From an uncultured Bdellovibrionales bacterium (GTDB lineage: Bacteria; Patescibacteriota; Minisyncoccia; Moranbacterales; DUUL01), in the NCBI GenBank assembly GCA_964421125.1, contig CAYQVD010000003.1, positions 5,779-69,778 on the forward strand: 64,000 nt of DNA. The letters are read 5' to 3'. Below the pieces are notes generated by a model that worked only from the letters and a program-made list of their open reading frames with translations, made no database searches and was not told where the DNA came from. The translations under genes and the position numbers were made by a program. This document shows positions 57,832 to 64,000 of this stretch, in pieces. How positions within the stretch are numbered: position 1 is the first letter of the stretch; each line of letters begins with the position of its first letter.

Positions 57832-58044
57832 GATGTCAATCAACTCCTCTTGGGGGTTTAGCAACTGTCTAAGATTTCCGTATTCGACTGCAATTTCCAA
57901 ATTTAAGCTGCAAGAAATTCATCATTCGTCAACATATTTCCGATATGTTTCCTCATGCTTCATTTCTTTCGCTTTAAATTTGAAAATTTTGCAATGAAAG
58001 AAAAATCTTAGACAGTTGCTTATTAATTATCTTAAAATCAAAAC

Positions 58045-59124
58045 ATGAAATTTGAAAAAGAATTTCCTCTATTTAAAACTAAAATAGAAGGGGTAGATAA
58101 AAAATTTAATTTATCGGATGTTCAAGATAGAAAAAAATATTTTGAAATTAAAGCTGGAGAAGAGATTAAAAAATTAAAAAAATATTTTGAAGAAGGAAAT
58201 ACTTTTATTGCTTATCTTCTAGGAAAGAAGAATGCAGGAAAGGGGACTTATACGAAACTTTTCATGGAATTATTCGGAAAAGAAAATATTGTGCATATTT
58301 CCATTGGAGATATCGTGCGTGATGTTCATGCTGAAATGAAAGATGACGAAAAAAGAAAAGAATTGCTTGATTATTTACATGAAAATTATCGAGGATATAT
58401 TACTCCAGAAAAGGCAATTGATGCTCTTCTGGGAAAGGATCAAAAAACACTTCTTCCCAATGAGTTTATTATGGCTTTGGCAAAAAGAGAAATTGATCAA
58501 GCTGGTAAAAAGATTGTTTTTTTGGATGGATTTCCGAGAAGTTTAGATCAAGTTTCTTACGCTTTGTTTTTTAAGGAGCTTGTAGATTATAGAAATGACC
58601 CAGATATTTTTGTTGCTATTGATATTCCTGAAGCGGTCATTGATGAAAGAATGAAGTATAGGGTTGTTTGTCCAAAATGTCATACACCAAGAAATTTAAA
58701 GCTTTTTACTACTGAAAAAGTTGAGCACAACGAAGATGAGAATAAATTTGAACTCATTTGTGATAATCCTGAATGTGATAACATTAAAATGACTTCTAAA
58801 GAGGGAGACAATTTGGGAATTGAATCTATTAGAGATAGACTTGAACTTGATGATATTTTAATTAATAAAATATTTTCTTTGCATGGCGTTTCTAGAATTT
58901 TACTTCGTAATGCCGTTCCGGTTGATAAGGCAGTTGAATATTTAGACGATTATGAAATAACCCCAGAGTATTATTATGAAAAAAATGATGATACAGGGGA
59001 AATAAAAACATTAGAAAGACCTTTTATTGTTAAAGATGACGAAGGAGTTGAAGTTTATAGTTTATTGGCTCCTCCAGTAGTGCTTTCTCTTATAAAACAT
59101 TTAGTCAAAACGCTCAAACTTTAA
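58045..59124 (+). CDS. Adenylate kinase-family protein with N- and C-terminal extensions (359 aa) and a zinc-type LID
   Basis: P-loop LLGKKNAGKGTYTKLFMELFG, NMP-binding HISIGDIVR, LDGFPRSLDQ, LID CPKCH...CDNPECD. Confidence 0.6.
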   Translation: MKFEKEFPLFKTKIEGVDKKFNLSDVQDRKKYFEIKAGEEIKKLKKYFEEGNTFIAYLLGKKNAGKGTYTKLFMELFGKENIVHISIGDIVRDVHAEMKDDEKRKELLDYLHENYRGYITPEKAIDALLGKDQKTLLPNEFIMALAKREIDQAGKKIVFLDGFPRSLDQVSYALFFKELVDYRNDPDIFVAIDIPEAVIDERMKYRVVCPKCHTPRNLKLFTTEKVEHNEDENKFELICDNPECDNIKMTSKEGDNLGIESIRDRLELDDILINKIFSLHGVSRILLRNAVPVDKAVEYLDDYEITPEYYYEKNDDTGEIKTLERPFIVKDDEGVEVYSLLAPPVVLSLIKHLVKTLKL

Positions 59125-59138
59125 TTTTTAAAAAAGTA

Positions 59139-59167
59139 TTGACAAATAGCTATGAATTCTGTAGAAT
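59139..59167 (+). promoter_or_regulatory. Sigma70-type promoter TTGACA-17-TAGAAT upstream of greA
   Basis: Consensus -35 and 17-bp spacer. Confidence 0.5.
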
Positions 59168-59205
59168 CGTCACACTCTAAAAAATAAGCATTGTAAAAAT
59201 TTAAA

Positions 59206-59661
59206 ATGAAATATTTAACTAAAGAAGGTTTCGATAGGATTGGAAAAGAGCTTGAGGACAGAAAAAGAAACTTGAGACAGACAATTGCCATTTCAATCAA
59301 GGAAGCGAAAGAACAAGGTGATTTGAGCGAAAATGCTGAATATTCAGAAGCTAAGAGACAACAACGAGAGAATGAATCAAGAATTATTTATCTTGAAAAT
59401 GCTATTAGAACCTCAAAAGTTGTTAGTAAGACGAAATCAAATGGTCATGTTGAAGTTGGCTCAGAAGTTCTTGTAAAGACTAATGGAAAGAAGATGACTT
59501 TTCATATTGTTGGTTCAAATGAAGCAGATCCAGCTCAAGGAAAGATTTCTAATGAATCTCCGATTGGAGAAGCATTTCTTGGAGCTCAAAAAGGTGAAGC
59601 AATTGAAATAGTTCTTCCAAATAAGAAAAAAATGGTTTATGATATTTTGGAAGTGAATTAA
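59206..59661 (+). CDS. greA: Transcription elongation factor GreA
   Basis: N-terminal coiled-coil (LTKEGFDRIGKELEDRKRNLRQ) and C-terminal FKBP-like domain; followed by a terminator at 59685-59708. Confidence 0.85.
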   Translation: MKYLTKEGFDRIGKELEDRKRNLRQTIAISIKEAKEQGDLSENAEYSEAKRQQRENESRIIYLENAIRTSKVVSKTKSNGHVEVGSEVLVKTNGKKMTFHIVGSNEADPAQGKISNESPIGEAFLGAQKGEAIEIVLPNKKKMVYDILEVN

Positions 59662-59868
59662 ATCTAGAATTTTTTTATATGAAAACAGCCTTAATGGGCT
59701 GTTTTTTGGCCTTTTTGAGACAATTATTAAAAAACACTTGTTAATATTGCAGCAAAAAAGTTTACACTTTTGCTACAATGTTAACAGAGTACCTTAACTG
59801 GATTCCTAATCTGCTTCGTTAAAGCTTCAGCGAGGCGAGTCAAGTTGGGAATGACAAGTGAGGGGTCT

Positions 59869-59896
59869 TGACAAGATTTTTATTGGGTATAAAATA
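59869..59896 (+). promoter_or_regulatory. Promoter P3 (GGGTC-TTGACA-16-TAAAAT) of the hrcA-grpE operon; related to P1 and P2
   Basis: The conserved GGG(G/T)CTTGACAA box; directly follows family A copy A9. Confidence 0.5.
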
Positions 59897-59901
59897 TGAA
59901 T

Positions 59902-59928
59902 TAGCAGTCTCGTGTGGTGACTGCCAGA
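59902..59928 (+). promoter_or_regulatory. CIRCE-like inverted repeat TTAGCAGTC-N9-GACTGCCAG (candidate HrcA operator)
   Basis: Consensus CIRCE is TTAGCACTC-N9-GAGTGCTAA. Left arm has 8 of 9 matches; right arm is complementary to the left for 6 of 9 positions. It lies at the predicted transcription start of hrcA. Confidence 0.45.
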
Positions 59929-59976
59929 AAATTTAAAAATTTGCGTATAATATAGGCAGGAGGAGAAAATAAAATT

Positions 59977-60747
59977 ATGCTAAATGAAAGACAGGGAAAA
60001 ATTTTAAAGGCAATTGTTCAGGAATACACCGAAACTGCGAATCCGGTGAGTAGTGGGTATCTAAGAAAAAAAAATAAGCTTGATTATTCAACGGCTACGA
60101 TTCGGAGTGAAATGGCAAATCTTGAGGAAAATGGTTTTTTAATAAAAGTTTATGTTTCTTCTGGAAGAGTTCCAAGTGATATGGGCTATCGATATTTTAT
60201 TGATAATCTTATGGGAGAAAGAGATCTTTCTCGAAGTTATCAAAAGAAATTGGAATTAGAACTTTTGAAACAAAAAGCCAAGAATGCGAGATTTGAGAGA
60301 ACGACTACGAAACTTCTTTCTTCAATGTCACAATGCCTTGTTTTGAGTGGAGCGATTGAAAAGGAAGAATATTTTGATTTTGGAATGCATAATTTAATTG
60401 ATGATCCAGAATTTTCTAATATGGATGATCTTTCTCGGTTAACATCTGCGCTTGATTTGATTGATGAAAATGTTGATAAGATTCTTTCACAAGTTAAGGA
60501 AGGAGAAACAAAGATTTTTGTTGGAAAAGAAAATCCATTAAAAGAAATTCAGAATTGTTCAATGATTGTGGCTCCCTACAAACTCAAAGAAGGAAAAAGT
60601 GGATTGATTGCCATCATTGGTCCAAAGAGAATGCGTTATGAGAAGAATAAGAGTTTGATTGATTTTGTTAAGAAGGTTCTTGGAGGAAATGGAGACAAGG
60701 TCGTGATGATTATGATTGCAGGGAGTTCAATTATGACTATTATATAA
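59977..60747 (+). CDS. hrcA: Heat-inducible transcription repressor HrcA (short form)
   Basis: N-terminal winged helix LNERQGKILKAIVQEYTETANPVSSGYL typical of HrcA. Confidence 0.8.
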   Translation: MLNERQGKILKAIVQEYTETANPVSSGYLRKKNKLDYSTATIRSEMANLEENGFLIKVYVSSGRVPSDMGYRYFIDNLMGERDLSRSYQKKLELELLKQKAKNARFERTTTKLLSSMSQCLVLSGAIEKEEYFDFGMHNLIDDPEFSNMDDLSRLTSALDLIDENVDKILSQVKEGETKIFVGKENPLKEIQNCSMIVAPYKLKEGKSGLIAIIGPKRMRYEKNKSLIDFVKKVLGGNGDKVVMIMIAGSSIMTII

Positions 60748-60758
60748 TTTAAATATTT

Positions 60759-61625
60759 ATGAAGAAGCAAAAAAAACAAATGGAGTCAATGGCACGTCCA
60801 ATGGCGATTACGATTAAGGCAGTTGTTCTGAATGGAAAAGGTGAGATTCTTTTGATTAAAAGAGGATTAGAAGAATTGAATGGTGGGAAATATGATTTGC
60901 CAGGTGGCCACATTGAAGCAGGAGAGACAATTGAGGAGGCGCTTATTCGGGAAATCAAGGAGGAAACAGGACTGGATGTGGAAAAAGGAGAAATTATTGA
61001 TGCAGTTGAGTTTCCAAAAGATAATAAACTTTTCAAAGAAGAAAAAAGAGGATTGAGATATATTTGTTATACTGAAGGTAAAGAGATTCAATTAAGCGAT
61101 GAACATCACAGTGCAGATTGGTTTTCAGTGGATGATGCCATTGAGGAACTTGATGAGAAAGATGGATTTGAAAATGAAAAGAGACAAACAATCTTAAAGG
61201 CAAAAGAATTACTAGAACGAAAAAGTTCAATGGATGGATGGAAAAGAGCCCTGGCAGATTTGGAGAATTTTAAAAAAAGAACTGCTGACTCAAATGCAGA
61301 ATTTAGTCAGTATTGCATAGAAGATTTTGTGTTTGAGATTTTGCCAGTGATTGATAATTTTGATTTGTCGCTTAAACATGTTCCAGAAGGAAAAGAAAAT
61401 GACGGATGGACTACAGGAATATTGCATATCAGAAAACAACTTGCTGATGTATTAGAAGGAAAAGGAGTTGTTGAAATTAAATGTAAGTCAGGAGACAAAA
61501 TTGATGAAACAGTTCACGAGGTAATTGCAGGAAATGGAAAAAAAGGAAAAGTTAAAAAGGTTATTAAGAAAGGATATAAGCTGAAGGAAAAGGTGATTCG
61601 ACCGGTGAGTGTGGAGGGAGAATAG
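60759..61625 (+). CDS. grpE: Nudix hydrolase domain fused to GrpE nucleotide-exchange factor
   Basis: Residues ~10-145: Nudix fold with perfect box GHIEAGETIEEALIREIKEETGL. Residues ~160-288: GrpE (WKRALADLENFKKRTADSNAEF...ILPVIDNFDLSL...GVVEI...KKGYKLKEKVIRPVSV). Confidence 0.75.
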   Translation: MKKQKKQMESMARPMAITIKAVVLNGKGEILLIKRGLEELNGGKYDLPGGHIEAGETIEEALIREIKEETGLDVEKGEIIDAVEFPKDNKLFKEEKRGLRYICYTEGKEIQLSDEHHSADWFSVDDAIEELDEKDGFENEKRQTILKAKELLERKSSMDGWKRALADLENFKKRTADSNAEFSQYCIEDFVFEILPVIDNFDLSLKHVPEGKENDGWTTGILHIRKQLADVLEGKGVVEIKCKSGDKIDETVHEVIAGNGKKGKVKKVIKKGYKLKEKVIRPVSVEGE

Positions 61626-61695
61626 TTCTTTATAAAAAAACTCCCAGCGATACTGTTTCAGTAGCGCCGGGGTTTATAGGAATCAGTTGATATAA

Positions 61696-61941
61696 TTAGT
61701 AGCTATAATAACCACTTCTTCTTACGGGAGTTTTTTCAGAAAGTTTTCCAAGGGTTTGAAGCTTATTTTTAGACATTTGGATTTGTTTCAGTTCTTTGTT
61801 TTCTGATAGCAATTTACTTATTTGATTAATTGCAGAGGTAAATCTTTTTTTCGTCTTTTTGGAAAAGCCATCTTGTTTAGAAGAATATTCTATTTTTCTG
61901 AGCAGTATTTTGAGATATTTTTTAGGAACATTAATGAACAT
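61696..61941 (-). CDS. Small basic hypothetical protein (81 aa) encoded divergently between grpE and dnaK
   Basis: Strong SD (gaggaggtaacaATG on the minus strand); K/R-rich; no family recognised. Confidence 0.35.
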   Translation of the reverse strand: MFINVPKKYLKILLRKIEYSSKQDGFSKKTKKRFTSAINQISKLLSENKELKQIQMSKNKLQTLGKLSEKTPVRRSGYYSY

Positions 61942-61982
61942 TGTTACCTCCTCAAACGTTCAGGGTTAGTTAAATGATTTTC

Positions 61983-62015
61983 TAGAATTAATAAAATTTT
62001 AATTTATTAATTCTA
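61983..62015. promoter_or_regulatory. Perfect 13-bp inverted repeats TAGAATTAATAAA-N7-TTTATTAATTCTA in the divergent region upstream of dnaK; candidate operator
   Basis: Exact dyad; AT-rich, so the significance is moderate. Confidence 0.35.
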
Positions 62016-62111
62016 AGAAGTCAATTTAATAAATAATTAATTTACCCTGTTAAATAATTTGCTTTGCAAATTAAAATCGAAGATTTTATTTAACTGGGCA
62101 AGAAAAACAAT

Positions 62112-64000
62112 ATGTCAAAGATTCTAGGAATTGACCTTGGAACAACAAACTCTGCGATGGCTGTCGTTGAAGGCGGAAAGCCAGAGATTGTTGAAAACAA
62201 GGAAGGTAATCGAACCACTCCATCAATGGTGGCGATTAACAAAAGTGGAGAAAGATTAGCTGGTTTGCTTGCAAAAAGACAAGCGGTGACTAATCCAGAA
62301 AGCACAATTTATTCTGCAAAGAGATTAATTGGGCGAAAGTTTTCTGATAAAGAAGTTCAGGAAGCCATGAAAACTCTTCCTTTTAAGATTAAGGAAGGAG
62401 AAAATGGTTCAGTAAATATCGTTATGAATGGCGAAGAAAAAAGACCAGCAGAAATTTCTGCTATAGTTCTTCAGAAAATGAAAGCTGATGCTGAAGAAAA
62501 ACTTGGAGAAACAATTGAAGAAGCAGTGATTACTGTTCCAGCATATTTTGATGACGCTCAAAGAAAGGCAACGAAAGATGCTGGTGAAATTGCTGGATTG
62601 AAAGTAAAGCGAATTATCAATGAGCCAACTGCAGCCGCTTTGGCTTATGGGTTTAATAAGAAAAAAGACGAAAAAATTGCCGTCTATGATCTTGGAGGTG
62701 GAACATTTGATGTTTCCATTTTAGAAGTCAGTGATGACACTGTTGAAGTGAAGTCAACTAATGGTGATACCTATCTTGGTGGAGACGACTTTGATCAAAA
62801 AATTATTGACTTTATTCTTGATGAATTCAAGAAACAGGAAGGAATTGATCTTTCAAAAGATCCGCTTGCTCTTCAAAGAATTAAAGAATCTGCTGAAAAA
62901 GCAAAGATTGAGCTTTCAACTGTTCAAGAAACTGAAGTTAATCAACCATTCATCACGACTGGTGAAGATGGACCAAAGCATCTTGTTTTGAAAATTACTC
63001 GAGCAAAACTTGAAGAACTTGTTTCTGAATTAGTCGATAAGAGTATTAAACCTTGCAAGAAAGCACTCGATGATGCTGGAATGAAAATTTCTGATATTAA
63101 TGAAGTTATCTTGGTGGGTGGAATGACTCGAATGCCGTTAGTTCAAAAGAAGGTTGAGGAATTCTTTGGAAAGAAGCCAAACGCAACCGTGAATCCAGAT
63201 GAGGTTGTAGCTCTTGGAGCTGCGATTCAAGGAGGTGTTTTACAAGGAGATGTGAAAGATGTTCTTTTGCTCGATGTGACTCCTTTGACTGTGGGGATTG
63301 AAACAATGGGATCAATTCGAACACCGCTTATCGATCGAAATACTACAATTCCAGCAAGTAAATCACAAATCTTTTCAACCGCGGCTGACAACCAACCTTC
63401 TGTTGAAATTCACGTTCTTCAAGGAGAGCGAGAAATGGCAGCTGATAACAAAACTCTTGGAAGATTCATTTTGGATGGTATTCCGCCATCTCCACGAGGA
63501 GTTCCACAAATTGAAGTTACTTTTGACATTGATGCTAATGGAATCTTGAATGTAAAAGCTCAAGATAAGGCCACTGGAAAAGAACAATCAATTCGAATTG
63601 AAGCTTCAAGTGGACTTTCTGATGAAGAAATCGAAAAGATGAAAAAAGATGCAGAAGTGCATGCTGATGAAGACAAGAAAAAGAAAGAACAAGTTGAAAT
63701 CAAGAACAACGCCGATGCTCTTGTCTTCACAACTGAAAAAGCTTTAAAAGAAGCTGGTGAAAAAGTCAGTGCTGACAAAAAGAAGCCAGTTGAAGAAAAA
63801 ATTGAAGCTTTGAAAAAAATAAAAGATGGTGATGATATTGATGCAATCAAAAAGGCTTCCGAAGAACTTTCAACAGAAGCTCAAAAGATTGGTCAAGAAC
63901 TTTATCAAGCTGCACAAAAAGAGCAAGACGCCTCTGCAAAGGATGCAAAACCCGACTCCGATAAAGCTACGACGGGCGAAGCAGAAGTGAAAGATGCAGA
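62112..64000 (+). CDS. dnaK: Chaperone DnaK (Hsp70), 3-prime end outside the window
   Basis: [22 protein letters not shown]..., [12 protein letters not shown], the full Hsp70 ATPase and substrate-binding domains; not in the ORF track because there is no stop codon in the window. Confidence 0.95.
   Translation, partial: MSKILGIDLGTTNSAMAVVEGGKPEIVENKEGNRTTPSMVAINKSGERLAGLLAKRQAVTNPESTIYSAKRLIGRKFSDKEVQEAMKTLPFKIKEGENGSVNIVMNGEEKRPAEISAIVLQKMKADAEEKLGETIEEAVITVPAYFDDAQRKATKDAGEIAGLKVKRIINEPTAAALAYGFNKKKDEKIAVYDLGGGTFDVSILEVSDDTVEVKSTNGDTYLGGDDFDQKIIDFILDEFKKQEGIDLSKDPLALQRIKESAEKAKIELSTVQETEVNQPFITTGEDGPKHLVLKITRAKLEELVSELVDKSIKPCKKALDDAGMKISDINEVILVGGMTRMPLVQKKVEEFFGKKPNATVNPDEVVALGAAIQGGVLQGDVKDVLLLDVTPLTVGIETMGSIRTPLIDRNTTIPASKSQIFSTAADNQPSVEIHVLQGEREMAADNKTLGRFILDGIPPSPRGVPQIEVTFDIDANGILNVKAQDKATGKEQSIRIEASSGLSDEEIEKMKKDAEVHADEDKKKKEQVEIKNNADALVFTTEKALKEAGEKVSADKKKPVEEKIEALKKIKDGDDIDAIKKASEELSTEAQKIGQELYQAAQKEQDASAKDAKPDSDKATTGEAEVKDA

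Noticed and set aside
57737-57997. 86-aa ORF between the IS-disrupted gene and the adenylate-kinase-like gene
   Set aside because: It spans a promoter (57804-57831) and a long inverted-repeat leader. There is no convincing RBS, so it is more likely a structured 5-prime UTR; kept only as a possibility.
147-63850. Numerous 60-170-aa ORFs antisense to or overlapping conserved genes. Examples: 147..359, 1488..1826, 2526..2807, 8550..9071, 19118..19528, 26977..27384, 34253..34639, 50056..50496, 60749..61036, 62090..62305, 63560..63850
   Set aside because: They lie within better-supported genes on the opposite strand or in another frame. They have low-complexity AT-rich translations, typical of spurious ORFs in low-GC DNA.
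1-64000. Possible CRISPR array among the many short repeats
   Set aside because: Repeats are hairpins or inverted repeats at irregular, widely scattered positions. They lack the regular repeat-spacer periodicity of CRISPR arrays, and no cas genes are present.

Overview
This is a low-GC (~33-35%) bacterial chromosomal segment in which almost every gene lies on the + strand and encodes small, compact housekeeping functions. By inference it resembles a reduced Patescibacteria/CPR-like genome. TGA is used as a stop codon, so the genetic code is standard.

Recognisable genes: a ComEC competence-domain fragment, a tandem-REC response regulator, scpA/scpB, a D-Ala-D-Ala carboxypeptidase, mraY, a GT2, gyrB, gap, murI, murD, lepB, hisS, a HIT protein, rpsU, a yqeY-like gene, ybeY, mreB, two GT4 glycosyltransferases, holB, an L,D-transpeptidase, polA, a YjjX-like ITPase, mutM, holA, aspS, a sensor histidine kinase, tRNA-Lys, a LutB-like Fe-S protein, an ECF sigma module, leuS, a SufD-like gene, a rhodanese, murJ, a standalone ComEC metallo-beta-lactamase domain, an IS1-like insertion sequence, an adenylate-kinase-like protein, greA, and the hrcA-grpE-dnaK operon (dnaK runs off the window).

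The most unusual content is four Nudix hydrolase domains in 64 kb: one inserted into LeuRS, one fused N-terminally to GrpE, one standalone, and one standalone interrupted by a G10 homopolymer. Other points of interest: an accessory island (20.4-23.2 kb) with a strong promoter driving a GC-rich structured RNA, micro-ORFs and a secreted protein; two families of dispersed intergenic hairpin/MITE-like repeats whose stems vary compensatorily; several perfect inverted-repeat elements; a conserved hairpin shared by the rpsU and dnaK leaders; a CIRCE-like operator; and heptanucleotide microsatellites, including in-frame copies inside leuS. No CRISPR array, cas, RM or classical defence genes were recognised.
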